Source of the DNA: a virus
Strand: one strand, 5' to 3'
Length of the DNA stretch: 64,000 nucleotides
Virus record (IMG/VR): IMGVR_UViG_3300044568_004364
Position numbers and translations under genes: made by a program
Shown: positions 37,254 to 47,699 of the stretch, one piece after another
Numbering within the stretch: position 1 is the first letter of the stretch
Layout: each line of letters starts with the position of its first letter
Notes under the pieces: generated by a model
Told to the model about the DNA's origin: nothing
The model's input: the letters and a program-made list of their open reading frames with translations, nothing else
Databases searched by the model: none

Positions 37254-38522
37254 TTAATTTATAATTGCTTTAAGGCTATTCATTGTAGTGCGATTTAGTA
37301 ATGTGCCATCGCGATGTTCTGTTGTGATCATATTCTTTAGGTTGGTTAAGAGTGTTTGATATGCGTCAGGGTTTTCTTCAAGAAAACTAATGCGCTTAAA
37401 CAACTCCTTACTATCTGGCACTCTCAAAAACTCAGGAGCCTTCAAGTTATTTTGTTCATCATATGTTGGATGTAAGAATGGTATGACGCCATGATTTATC
37501 AGTTCCCAAAACTTCATTGTAGTCCATCCCTTCTTAATGGGAATACAATATGAATATTTAACACGTGGTAATAGACGTTGTAACTCCTCATAGGGTAAAC
37601 TACCTTTAAAGCGAGAGTCATCCCCAATTGTTTCAGGATCCCACTTTCCATAAATCTCAACATCTTGTACACCATCAAGAATACTATTCTTTAGCATATC
37701 ATAGCGTGAAGGACGTCCTTCGTTTAATACTACAAGAAATGATACATCCTTTTCAACTGGCGGGGACTCAACTGTAGGCTCGTCATTAAAGAAACTATCA
37801 AGTGTGCACTCATCTGGCGCTGCCGGCGGTGGATCAATCAAATAGATTGTTTCCATTGATGCATACAAACATTCAAGTGGAAAACTATTTACCGTGTTAT
37901 CTTTATATGCAATACGATGCTTGTATTGTATGGTCTCGTTATATTGTGATAGGACTGCACCAGGCGCATGCATAATATCTTTAGCCATAAATGGAAAATA
38001 CCGCGGATCATTTACAATTAAAATGTATGGCACACGATATTCATTTAGGTATGATGCTAGCGGACCAGTGTAACATCCAATCATTTCAATAGGGGTTGAC
38101 TCCTGTGTTGGATTTTTCATTTGAGTGCAACGGTATGGAATATTCGTTGTTGCATTTGGTCCTGCAATAATGATTCCACCATCCATCTCTAATCCCGCAC
38201 GTTTTGATTCTGCAGCCCAGTGATCTACGTATGCAACACGACCACCTAGTTTTGTAACAGTGTGGTTCTTCTTAAAGTTTTTCCAACCTTCGCCCCAGAT
38301 ATCGTGTACATTACCGTGACGATTAATACGATTGCGCTCACGCTCATCCAAACGGCTATAGTCATTACTGCCTAGCAGGTAAAAGTTTACCTCAGGATTA
38401 TGATAAAAAAGGTTTTCGTAATATGTAGGAGCTTCATTATCTCCGCCAATAGAGCCCCATGACTTGCGATTAAACAAGATGCTCTTTCCTAACTTTCCAA
38501 CAAATATATTCATATTATCCAA
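37254..38522 (-). CDS. GT-B glycosyltransferase-like protein (T4 beta-gt position)
   Basis: NDPR, VEIYGKW, TMKFWE..GVIPF; position between uvsX and 42. Confidence 0.65.
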   Translation of the reverse strand: MDNMNIFVGKLGKSILFNRKSWGSIGGDNEAPTYYENLFYHNPEVNFYLLGSNDYSRLDERERNRINRHGNVHDIWGEGWKNFKKNHTVTKLGGRVAYVDHWAAESKRAGLEMDGGIIIAGPNATTNIPYRCTQMKNPTQESTPIEMIGCYTGPLASYLNEYRVPYILIVNDPRYFPFMAKDIMHAPGAVLSQYNETIQYKHRIAYKDNTVNSFPLECLYASMETIYLIDPPPAAPDECTLDSFFNDEPTVESPPVEKDVSFLVVLNEGRPSRYDMLKNSILDGVQDVEIYGKWDPETIGDDSRFKGSLPYEELQRLLPRVKYSYCIPIKKGWTTMKFWELINHGVIPFLHPTYDEQNNLKAPEFLRVPDSKELFKRISFLEENPDAYQTLLTNLKNMITTEHRDGTLLNRTTMNSLKAIIN

Positions 38523-39534
38523 TCTTTACGTTTTCAATGTTTATGTTGCTCATATATGTAGACGGCACAATTGCGCCGCGCGCTATTTCAGCTTCAAGGT
38601 AACATACGGTATCATCCAGTGCAACAGCAATGCTGTGTGTTGGCTCCCAGCCCAACCCCTTCGCTTTAGTGATATCAGCATAAATATCAAATGCTTCTCC
38701 GTTAATCTCTGGCATATATGTATAGGTGATTTCTTGTGGTATATCATAACCACGCTTGCGCAATACATCGCCTACAATAGAACCAATTTCAAGTAGGCTA
38801 TAACTTTCGCCACGCCCAAGATTATATGTTTCTCCAATGGTACGAGAGTCTTTCATTGCAAGTAAATGGAAACTATTAATATCATTCACGTGAATAAAGT
38901 CACGACGACGTGCGCCATCTCCAAATATGATTGGGTGATTGCCTGCCATAAGTCGTATTGCAAATCCTGCAAAGAGTGGCGGCACTGTGCGACGATAGTC
39001 TTGAATAGGACCTGCTACATTAAAGTAACGCAATGCTGTATATTCTAATCCTTTGGTGCGCGCATAACTCTCTGCCATAAGAGCAACACATGATTTGGAT
39101 GTACTATAGAATGTTGTGGGATCGCTTTGATCTTCACAAAATCCGTGCTGTGGTAATGCACAATTTTCATATACTGCACTTGTTTCTGAAAAGATAATTC
39201 TTGGGCAGCCATGCTCTAGGAGTGCATCAAATACATTCAATGAACCATAGACATTATTTAACAGCGCGCTTGCGGAGTCACGATGACAGTCATAAATGCT
39301 AACAAGTCCTGCAAAGTGGAATGTAACAGCTGGCTTGACGCGGCCCACATAGTCAAAAAGTGTTTCACGTGATGTGATATCTCCTTTGCAAAAATTCACA
39401 CGATCATGAACGGCTGGAATGTATGATCCTTGTGCAAGGTTATCATAAACATATACATCATGCCCTTCATCCAATAAGCTTGGGATTAAATTTGTACCGA
39501 CAAAACCGGCACCTCCTGTAATTAGTACTTTCAT
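38515..39534 (-). CDS. NAD-dependent sugar epimerase/dehydratase
   Basis: TGGAGFVG, YxxxK, RYFNVAGP, RDFIHV. Confidence 0.92.
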   Translation of the reverse strand: MKVLITGGAGFVGTNLIPSLLDEGHDVYVYDNLAQGSYIPAVHDRVNFCKGDITSRETLFDYVGRVKPAVTFHFAGLVSIYDCHRDSASALLNNVYGSLNVFDALLEHGCPRIIFSETSAVYENCALPQHGFCEDQSDPTTFYSTSKSCVALMAESYARTKGLEYTALRYFNVAGPIQDYRRTVPPLFAGFAIRLMAGNHPIIFGDGARRRDFIHVNDINSFHLLAMKDSRTIGETYNLGRGESYSLLEIGSIVGDVLRKRGYDIPQEITYTYMPEINGEAFDIYADITKAKGLGWEPTHSIAVALDDTVCYLEAEIARGAIVPSTYMSNINIENVKIG

Positions 39535-39540
39535 ATTGAG

Positions 39541-39999
39541 TTATATATTGCTTGTGTTGCTTACACGTGTTCTTAGTTCTGTTGTGCTAAATGAATGGCG
39601 TCGTTTGTTATAATGTATTGGACACAGCCCAACGCCAGTATGATCCGTGCCTTTATATTCTTCACCAACAATACGTATGTCAGGATTGATTGTCATAATC
39701 ATATCCACAAGATCTTTTTCAGTTTCAAATGGAATGATTTCGTCAACATACTTACAGCTAGCAAGCTGTGTGTATCGCTCAAAGGCGCTTTGTATTGGTT
39801 TATTTTTTGTATCTGGACGATCACTCGTTGGATCAACTAGTAATCCAACAATAAGATAGTCGCATAACTGTTTTGACTCCATAAGCATAACATTATGACC
39901 TGCATGAAACAAGTCAAATGTTGAGCAAGTGAATCCAATCTTTACTTCATGTGGCTCCTTGCCAATACGTTCGGCAACTGATTTTCTATCAAAGAACAT
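39541..39999 (-). CDS. TagD-like (glycerol-3-phosphate) cytidylyltransferase
   Basis: FDLFHAGH, RRHSFSTT. Confidence 0.88.
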   Translation of the reverse strand: MFFDRKSVAERIGKEPHEVKIGFTCSTFDLFHAGHNVMLMESKQLCDYLIVGLLVDPTSDRPDTKNKPIQSAFERYTQLASCKYVDEIIPFETEKDLVDMIMTINPDIRIVGEEYKGTDHTGVGLCPIHYNKRRHSFSTTELRTRVSNTSNI

Positions 40000-41032
40000 T
40001 TAATTCTGCTGTTATAAGGTTAAGTATATTTGTACGAGAAGATTCAGGCGCATATGGTAATGCACGACAATATTGACCAAGAGCGTGTGCGCGTATTAGA
40101 GCAGCGTCCAATCCCGAATGAGCTACAACTTCAGATGTTGAGACACGCTCATATCCAAACATACCTATGCTTGCATAATATTTAGATATGTCGAGTACCC
40201 AACTGCTGTATAGCGTTGAGTCATTAATAGGATCAATAAATGCAGGAACATCGCTCTCACACGAATTTTTGCCCATGATATTACTGACAGAGCAATCTCC
40301 ATGGCCAAATGTGTATGGCGTGCTTTTCATTGCATGCTGCAATATGTTCTTAATCTTTTCAACTTGTAGCGGTTGCAAATATTTCATAGCACGTGCAGTG
40401 CAACGCTCTACATAACGTGCAGGATCAGAGTCTCCTTGTAGTGCAGGATGGTTAGAAAATGAGCGTATAACATTTACAACACTATAGACACTTCCATTAT
40501 ATTCTGGCAACATATCCATGCGAATAGTATCACCAATAATGTTGTGAATGTATGGCGTATTATATCCTAAGTCTTTTGCATGTTCATACCATCCTATTGC
40601 ACTATGACTGTTGCCTGCAGTCTTATAGACGCAATCTGTTACACGATCATAATAGACGCTTGCTCCGCTCCAGCCTGCATTCAAGTCAATACGATCAAAC
40701 TTTTCTACAAATTGTTCTGGTGTAATACCCTTATCATCAATGTAATATGCCGCAAGTTTCTTTTGAAACGAAAGCGTATGATAACAAACATCGTGCGCAA
40801 CCAACCAACTCTCAATTTGATTCCGATACTTAAGATCGGCTGCATCGCAATCTCCATTGCAAGATAGCTGCCCACGTGCAGTGACAATATGAATTGTCCA
40901 ACCGCAATGATATAATTCATTTAGTTTAGAGATTAATGATGTGTTGGGTTTAGCATGCTCCCAGTCACGATTGAATGTTATTGCAATCGTATCATCATAA
41001 TCCACAACAAGTGTAGTAGTATGCGAACTCAT
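39989..41032 (-). CDS. HAD phosphatase fused to an APH-like kinase domain
   Basis: VDYDDT, TARG, YIDDK; GWSGA, HGD....N, FIDP. Confidence 0.8.
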   Translation of the reverse strand: MSSHTTTLVVDYDDTIAITFNRDWEHAKPNTSLISKLNELYHCGWTIHIVTARGQLSCNGDCDAADLKYRNQIESWLVAHDVCYHTLSFQKKLAAYYIDDKGITPEQFVEKFDRIDLNAGWSGASVYYDRVTDCVYKTAGNSHSAIGWYEHAKDLGYNTPYIHNIIGDTIRMDMLPEYNGSVYSVVNVIRSFSNHPALQGDSDPARYVERCTARAMKYLQPLQVEKIKNILQHAMKSTPYTFGHGDCSVSNIMGKNSCESDVPAFIDPINDSTLYSSWVLDISKYYASIGMFGYERVSTSEVVAHSGLDAALIRAHALGQYCRALPYAPESSRTNILNLITAELNVL

Positions 41033-41053
41033 ATGAGTGTATCTATAGCATTA

Positions 41054-41386
41054 TTATTTGCTTCTGTTTAAGAAGTCACGATTAGTGTCTTGTCCATCAA
41101 TACCGCCACGGCACCATGCTACGAGAAAGCTTGAATAATTAATCAAGTCTTTACCGCTATCTTCAATGCTCTCAAAGTTGGGTACATAATCAGGATCGCT
41201 TTCCATTGCTTCAATTACGCTATACATACGCAAGACTTTCGCTTGAATAATATCAAGGATACTTGCGGCACCGCGAGGATAATAGTCAGCCTGACGAATG
41301 CGGCTATGTGGGTTTTGATAGTCATTACTTTTCTTAAGCTGCAATTCAGCGCACTCTTCAAGAACTATAATTGATTGTTTCTTCAT
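41054..41386 (-). CDS. Nucleotide-modification-associated small helical protein
   Basis: KKSNDY...KVLR...ESIEDS..DLINY. Confidence 0.65.
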   Translation of the reverse strand: MKKQSIIVLEECAELQLKKSNDYQNPHSRIRQADYYPRGAASILDIIQAKVLRMYSVIEAMESDPDYVPNFESIEDSGKDLINYSSFLVAWCRGGIDGQDTNRDFLNRSK

Positions 41387-41429
41387 GTTGTTATATTATA
41401 CGGTTTGTGATGAATTGTAAATGGAAAAG

Positions 41430-42092
41430 TTATGCATGTGCGATATATTTTTCAATCATGCTGTAATGCCGCTCATATACGTGCAAGCTGCCCACTTGCC
41501 ATGTGATATTCCCAGCTGGGACACCTAGGTCAGCTGCCAGTTGCTGCAAGACATACAGCTGCCATGCATAGTCATTGCGATATCCGAAGACCACATCATT
41601 GCTCCGCATCTGCACAACAGCATGGAGCGCGCCATTACGCTGCAAGTATTGTACTGCATTAGTACAAATAAAGTCACTCATGCCGTCGGCGCAATATTCT
41701 GTTTGTATACTAGGGCGTGTGTAAATCATAATTGCACGACGTGAAAACGGATTATTTCTTAGCTCTGCAAGTGCTGAATCATATTGACTTTTGTTTTCTG
41801 CACTATAGACAAGGTAACCATAGTTACTATTAATAAGTCCTTCACGCGATGCTACGCTTTCCCAAATCTTTGGAGTGACACCTGGGATGTCTGCTACTCT
41901 CAAGCTTTGTGATAGGTACCATTCCAATTCACGTTGGATATAGTCATCATTAGGTTCGCCAAAGATTGCGGGTTCATCAGCCATAAAGCTAGCACCAACA
42001 AGTTCAATTGTGCTACCGCCATTCTTATCAAGCACAAAGTCACGGTCTTTATATGCTTGTATAAAATAATCTCTAAGGTTTGCTACATTCAT
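41430..42092 (-). CDS. 42: dCMP hydroxymethylase (gp42-like)
   Basis: DFICTNAVQY...MRSNDVVFGYRND with Asp at the dCMP-specificity position; SLHVYERH. Confidence 0.88.
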   Translation of the reverse strand: MNVANLRDYFIQAYKDRDFVLDKNGGSTIELVGASFMADEPAIFGEPNDDYIQRELEWYLSQSLRVADIPGVTPKIWESVASREGLINSNYGYLVYSAENKSQYDSALAELRNNPFSRRAIMIYTRPSIQTEYCADGMSDFICTNAVQYLQRNGALHAVVQMRSNDVVFGYRNDYAWQLYVLQQLAADLGVPAGNITWQVGSLHVYERHYSMIEKYIAHA

Positions 42093-42463
42093 GCGAAAAT
42101 AATGTTACGAATATCAATTAGTTGTTTAAGGTGAAAACCGTCTTGTTCATGTAATTCAACTGAATACGATGTGTATTCATCAAGGCTATCTTCAAGATCG
42201 GATATGATAATCTTGTCAAGCAACTTTGGACGGTCAAATTTAATATATGTATAGACATCAGATACTGCATCATGTACATTGTGACCACCTTCGGTGGAAT
42301 CGCAAACGGTTTCTTCAAGGAAACTTTTATCTTCAACCAATGAAACAACTCTAGAAAACATCTGTTCCTGTAACAGATTTTCGCCATATTCTTTTTTCTT
42401 TTTTGCAGATACCATTGCTGATAGTCTACCCATTAATGTATCGGTTTGTATTGTACTTTCCAT
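42089..42463 (-). CDS. Hypothetical protein
   Basis: First gene behind the promoter at 42471-42498. Confidence 0.6.
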   Translation of the reverse strand: MESTIQTDTLMGRLSAMVSAKKKKEYGENLLQEQMFSRVVSLVEDKSFLEETVCDSTEGGHNVHDAVSDVYTYIKFDRPKLLDKIIISDLEDSLDEYTSYSVELHEQDGFHLKQLIDIRNIIFA

Positions 42464-42568
42464 ATAGATTATTATATCAAAAAAATCGAAAATGTAAATA
42501 ACTTTTTTAGAAAAAAAGAGAGCAAAGATGACTCCCTGCTCTCTTAAAAGTGGTGCTATAGTTAGCGC

Positions 42569-43318
42569 TTATGCCTCGAGAATATTCACAATGAATTTAA
42601 GTATTTTCGAACGTACAATTTCGGAATAGCTAAACTTAAACGTGTGTATACCATTTTCACGGCACTCAGCGGTATCAAATTTGTTATATACTTCAGCATA
42701 ACCTGATAGTTTACCAATGTCAGTTTGCTTTAGGTCACCGCATATAACATAACGAGTATTCTTACCAAATCGTGTTAGGATTGTAACAATTTCAGATTTG
42801 GTCATGTTTTGAATTTCATCAATAATTACAAAGGAATCGTTGAATGTTAAGCCGCGTGCAAAGTTTACTGGTATAGCTTGCAGCACACCATTTGCTTTGA
42901 GGTATTGCGCAGTAGATTCATCTGTTATCTCTCGAACCTTTTCAATGAGTGGCATTGCATAAGGCCCAAACTTGTCATCAATTTCACCTGGGAGTAACCC
43001 AATACTGCGGCTGGCGCTTTCCACCACACTGCGTATATAAATGATTTGTTTTGTGCGCTTTTCTTTAAATGTTTCGAGCGCTGCTAATACTGCAATGTAA
43101 CTCTTTGCTGTGCCGGCGCTGCCGTCAACAAATACGATATTTGAGCTCTCATCTTTACAACATTCATAAAATGCGCGATGCTTTTCATTAAAATGAAATG
43201 GCTTTTTAATGCGTATGTTATAATTAAAGTTTTCAGCCAATGATTTTTCAATGCTTTCATCGTGTTGATTGACTGCTGGCTTCCTTGGTTTGCGTGTGGT
43301 TGTAGTTTTTGCTTTCAT
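42569..43318 (-). CDS. phoH: PhoH-family ATPase
   Basis: GSAGTAKS, GLLPG, RGLTF, DEIQN, TRFG, GD..Q.D. Confidence 0.92.
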   Translation of the reverse strand: MKAKTTTTRKPRKPAVNQHDESIEKSLAENFNYNIRIKKPFHFNEKHRAFYECCKDESSNIVFVDGSAGTAKSYIAVLAALETFKEKRTKQIIYIRSVVESASRSIGLLPGEIDDKFGPYAMPLIEKVREITDESTAQYLKANGVLQAIPVNFARGLTFNDSFVIIDEIQNMTKSEIVTILTRFGKNTRYVICGDLKQTDIGKLSGYAEVYNKFDTAECRENGIHTFKFSYSEIVRSKILKFIVNILEA

Positions 43319-43394
43319 ATACATAAAGAAAAAAGCCAAGGTATGTAATATACCTTGGCTCTCGTTAAATTTGTTGTTTTCCAGTGCACTATTG

Positions 43395-43631
43395 TTAATT
43401 GCCGTTTCCAATAATGATTGCTCTCCGATAGCTATAGTCGCTGTGATACTTTTCACCACGACCAGTGAGTATTCCCTCTTTAAACTGATATGTTACACCG
43501 TCACTTAGTGTTATCGTCTCGGGTGTATATAGCTGTGAGGAGTTGAGTCTTTCGTTTGATTCTTTTTGATAATCTCTCCAAGCGCAACTTACTGGCAGGA
43601 GAACCATCAGCGGCCAAACGATCAATTTCAT
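43395..43631 (-). CDS. Lipoprotein, o-spanin-like
   Basis: MKLIVWPLMVLLPVSC lipobox; overlaps the upstream membrane ORF out of frame. Confidence 0.55.
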   Translation of the reverse strand: MKLIVWPLMVLLPVSCAWRDYQKESNERLNSSQLYTPETITLSDGVTYQFKEGILTGRGEKYHSDYSYRRAIIIGNGN

Positions 43632-43734
43632 CTTCAAGTTCATCAATTTCGTTTTCACGTTTATTTTTAAGGTATTCAGCATATTGATTTGCAAGCGCTG
43701 TTATGGCAAGCAATAGTGCAGTAAAGACGTTCAT
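43501..43734 (-). CDS. i-spanin-like protein
   Basis: N-terminal hydrophobic helix plus coiled coil. Confidence 0.5.
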   Translation of the reverse strand: MNVFTALLLAITALANQYAEYLKNKRENEIDELEDEIDRLAADGSPASKLRLERLSKRIKRKTQLLTAIYTRDDNTK

Positions 43735-43735
43735 C

Positions 43736-43933
43736 TTACTTTTTTACACCTGTATCTTTTGCCTTGCCGATATTAAGAGCAATAAAATCAATTACAGCAT
43801 AAACCTTTGCAAGTTTAGTCCCAGGGGCTGGTGTTGGTGTAATGCTTGCAATTGCACTAGCTAATGATACCGCAGCAGTCACTACAGCAAACCATGGGTA
43901 ATTTTGGATTAGAGTTACGAGTTGTTCAATCAT
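43736..43933 (-). CDS. Holin-like membrane protein
   Basis: Hydrophobic helix, TPTP, ALNIGKAK; late promoter at 43971-43978. Confidence 0.55.
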   Translation of the reverse strand: MIEQLVTLIQNYPWFAVVTAAVSLASAIASITPTPAPGTKLAKVYAVIDFIALNIGKAKDTGVKK

Positions 43934-44087
43934 ATGTTTTTGTGGTTATTTGAGAATGATTTCTCAAACATATTTATACAAAAGCACAGCTTAATAGTCA
44001 CCATTTATTGATCGCCAAATTACGTCAACCAGCTTGATTAGCAGAATGGCGCACATGACCCACATCCAACCTTCAGAGACTGTAAAA

Positions 44088-46010
44088 TCAAATTTCATAG
44101 TTTATATATTGGTGCTCTAAGAGCGTATTGTTGAGAATTGACTTTAATTCAAAACCGCCGACGAATGGAACATTACCACCAATTGTGTTTATAATATTGC
44201 GTGGAACATTACTCAATGCTTTATGCAAAGGGTCATCATCGACGTGATCTGCAACATTCTTTTTTAAAGCAACACGCAAAAAATCAACATCACGCCACAC
44301 CGTGTTCCAAACACAAACTTCAATTGATTGCTTTGTCATATTCATAATCCTTTATCGCAATGCTAACTGAGTCATAAACTGAGCCATAAACTGAGTCTCT
44401 AACTGAGTCATAAACTGAGCCCCAAACTGAGACATAAACTGAGCCATGTACTGAGTCACGGACTGAGTTATTAACTGAGTCCCAAACTGAGCCGCTAACT
44501 GAGTTACAAACTGAGCTATATACTTCCTTTTCAATATTCATATTCTTGTATTGCAATGTCAACAGTGTTCCTAACTGAGTTACGAACTGAGCCCCAAACT
44601 GAGTTCCAAACTGAGTTAATAACTGAGATATTAACTGAGTCATAAACTGCACTATATATTTCCTTTTCAATATTCATACTCCCTTAGTGTAATATTAACA
44701 GAGTTCCTAACTGAGTCACTAACTGAGATACCAGCTGAGTTCCTAACTGAGTTCCTAACTGAGTCATGAACTGAGCCCCAAACTGAGACCCAAACTGAGC
44801 CATAAACTGAGCCATGTACTGAGTCACGGACTGAGTTATTAACTGAGTCATCTATTTCCTTTTCAATATTCATACTCTTCTATTTCACTCCGCAAATTGT
44901 CATCAACTGAGTCCCAAACTGAGACAAAAACTGAGTCATAAACTGAGTTATAAACTGAGTTATAAACTGAGTTATAAACTAAGTTACGAACTGAGCTACG
45001 AACTGAGCTACGAACTGAGTCATAAACTGCACTATATATTTCCTTTTCAATATTCATACTCCCTTAGTGTAATATTAACAGAGCTCTCAACTGAGCCATA
45101 AACTGAGACATAAGCTGAGACATTAACTGAGTCATGTACTGAGTTCCTAACTGAGTCCCAAACTGAGCCATGTACTGAGTCACTAACTGAGTCATAGACT
45201 GAGTCATAGACTGAGTCATAAACTATCTTACGAAGTGAGACATCAACTGAGCGATTAACTGAGTCATCGACTGAATAATATATTTCCTTTTTAATATCCA
45301 TACTCTGCTATGTGTGCTGCTAAATTATTGTACCGCCCAGCATCTCCTATAGAATCCTGAAACGAGTTACGAACACTATTATAAAGCGATATTGTTGGTA
45401 GGGTACCTGTTATTCTATCACCATTATCCAAAACATACTCCCATGTTGCAGACCATAGCTCTTGCCGCAAATCTTGTTTAATATCCATATTCTTTTATTT
45501 CACTCTTTATATTAATACCAACAGAAATGCCAACTGAACCAGCAACAGGCTGAGTGACCTTGCTACCAATCGTGGTGATAGGTAATATATGAACAGAATT
45601 ATATACTGTATCAAAAACTGAGCTACTAACTGATCTATTAACTGAGTTATTAACTGAGCCATCTATTTCCTTTTTAATATTCGTATTCATATTCTTTTAT
45701 TGTAATGTCAACAGTGTTCCAAACTGAGTTACGAACTGAGCCGCTAACTAAGTTCCAAACTGAGCTACGAACTGAGCTACGAACTGAGTCATAAACTGCA
45801 CTATATACTTCCTTTTCAATATTCATATTCTTTTACTGCAGCGTTAACAGAGCTCTCAACAGAGCTCTCAACTGAGCCATAAACTGAGATATCAACTGAG
45901 TCATAAACTGAGTTATTAACTGAGTCCCAAACTGAGCCGCTAACTGATTTTTCGACTGAGTTATTAACTGAGTCATAAACTGAGGTATATATTACCTTTT
46001 CAATATTCAT
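44088..46010 (-). repeat. Array of ~10 chained SVxx microprotein ORFs (45816-46010, 45674-45826, 45478-45690, 45291-45488, 45047-45301, 44863-45057, 44667-44873, 44531-44677, 44320-44541, 44088-44345)
   Basis: 12-bp unit TCAGTTnnnRnC; EYEY-stop overlaps MNIEKE start. Confidence 0.88.
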
Positions 46011-46014
46011 ACAA

Positions 46015-46054
46015 CAAAAAAGCGAGGAGCTTATTATAATACAAACTCCTCGCT
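46015..46054 (-). terminator. Intrinsic terminator between the DUF6745-like pair and the SVxx array
   Basis: AGCGAGGAG...CTCCTCGCT followed by a T run. Confidence 0.7.
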
Positions 46055-46074
46055 ATATCTATTTGTGTTAAAGC

Positions 46075-46407
46075 TTAGTCGCGAACTGCTCGCATGTTTT
46101 GTGCAAAGTGATCATACTCTTGTTGAATGCCAACTTCCCATACACCAGGAGGCATAGCGATAGCATCGTGACGATTAGCATGCACGCAACGCACCTGAGT
46201 AGGTTTAGAGTTGCGAATGAATGTACGATCGCCAGAGCGAAACACTTTAGTGCCTGCTACCATATCAACGACATGGTGATTGCCAGTCGTCTCACTGTCT
46301 GCAATAATATGCAGATCGTTGTTAGTAGGCTTAATTTCAACTGCATCTGCTGGCAGTTCTGCGGGGAACAACATGGCTTCGCCATGGAGGATTACGTTTG
46401 GTTTCAT
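46075..46407 (-). CDS. Conserved His-motif partner of DUF6745-like proteins
   Basis: HGE, ETTGNHH, H..H, PPG.W.V..QQEY...VRD. Confidence 0.7.
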   Translation of the reverse strand: MKPNVILHGEAMLFPAELPADAVEIKPTNNDLHIIADSETTGNHHVVDMVAGTKVFRSGDRTFIRNSKPTQVRCVHANRHDAIAMPPGVWEVGIQQEYDHFAQNMRAVRD

Positions 46408-46448
46408 ATCTATATTATAGTTTACTGTTTGTTAATTGCTAGGATTAT

Positions 46449-47429
46449 TTATGCGATTGTAGAGATGATCATATCACGTCCACCTAGACGTTGTTTGATT
46501 GCACTCACTAGATCTTTACAGTCTGGCGATACACCTTCAAAGTGGAAGATACTAGTAGTCTGATTGACCATGCTGAGATATGGCGCACTAGACAAGCCAT
46601 CAAAGATTGCTTCCATATCCCAGAGCTCGTATTGACTCTTGACCCACCACTCATATTCAGCACCAGTATAGTTCTGATAGGTATCAAGCAATTTGCCTAA
46701 GCTCTTGAAGCGTTCGATACCAGCCTTGCGCACAAACTCAGCTTTCACGTCAGCGTTTTGAATAGTCTTGTAGTACTCAAGATCCAACTTCTCTTCAGGA
46801 GTCACGGCAATATACTCTGGCACACGAACACCGTTGAGGGAATAGACCTTAAGGTCACCACGACCAGCATAAGTTAGCGCAGCTCCGCCATCACGATGCA
46901 AGCGATTCTCTTCATTGAGGAAGATTTCAGTAGGCTTCTCGCACACAATGGTATATTCTTCCATAGGGTAGATACAGCCAAGTTGCGCCGTTGCTTCCCA
47001 TGTCTTATACTTAGCGTAGAGCTCAGCGTCTACCTCCACCCCAACTTCTTCAAACATAAAGTCATAGAAGGAGAAGGTTGCAGCGAAGAATGAGCCACTC
47101 TGCCATGGGAGTTGTGCAGCGGGAATATCATACTTCTTAGTATTGCCATTGAAGACACTATCAAGCTCAGCATTCAAATTTTCAAAGCTTACATTAAAGT
47201 TGCTCAAGAGGTGACACGCAGCCCAAGCCTCCAATGGATTGTCAAGAATAATCAGCGGCACATCTACAGGACGGTTAATGAGCGCGCGATACTGATCAAC
47301 TGTCTTCTTGGTTCGAGTAGGATCAAGACGAGCAGTATCAGTACCAACCGCAATCCATTTTGCGACATATTCGGGCATCTTAGCTTCTTGCTCAGGAGTG
47401 AGCTTATCAATTTTTTGTTTTTCTGACAT
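46449..47429 (-). CDS. DUF6745-like protein
   Basis: KLTPEQEA...W; CEKP...RLHRDGGAA.TY...LNGVRVP...NA.VK. Confidence 0.7.
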   Translation of the reverse strand: MSEKQKIDKLTPEQEAKMPEYVAKWIAVGTDTARLDPTRTKKTVDQYRALINRPVDVPLIILDNPLEAWAACHLLSNFNVSFENLNAELDSVFNGNTKKYDIPAAQLPWQSGSFFAATFSFYDFMFEEVGVEVDAELYAKYKTWEATAQLGCIYPMEEYTIVCEKPTEIFLNEENRLHRDGGAALTYAGRGDLKVYSLNGVRVPEYIAVTPEEKLDLEYYKTIQNADVKAEFVRKAGIERFKSLGKLLDTYQNYTGAEYEWWVKSQYELWDMEAIFDGLSSAPYLSMVNQTTSIFHFEGVSPDCKDLVSAIKQRLGGRDMIISTIA

Positions 47430-47507
47430 AGTATGTTTATTTGTGAGAGTTTTCTGCATCGCGAAGAATGAAGATTAATACGAAAATTAGTATGATTGCA
47501 ATCATAG

Positions 47508-47699
47508 TTAGTATGCTTCAGAGTTGCTCATGCTTTTAAGATTAATACTTGGACGCTTGAGATATGTTTTGTTACGAATGTATTGATTAGCCTTTGCTTT
47601 TGGCTTGAATTGTACATCAGATACATCAACGCTTTTCACAGCTCCAAAACGGACTGACCAATTGCTTTTAACGACTTGTGTTTGTGTGTTTGTGTTCAT
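47508..47699 (-). CDS. Hypothetical early protein
   Basis: Behind the promoter at 47721-47749. Confidence 0.55.
   Translation of the reverse strand: MNTNTQTQVVKSNWSVRFGAVKSVDVSDVQFKPKAKANQYIRNKTYLKRPSINLKSMSNSEAY

Noticed and set aside
41430-42092. Ordinary thymidylate synthase
   Set aside because: Asp rather than Asn at the specificity position and a close match to gp42 motifs.
44320-46010. SVxx repeats as a CRISPR array
   Set aside because: Period is 12 bp, there are no unique 25-40 bp spacers or cas genes, and reading frames are maintained.
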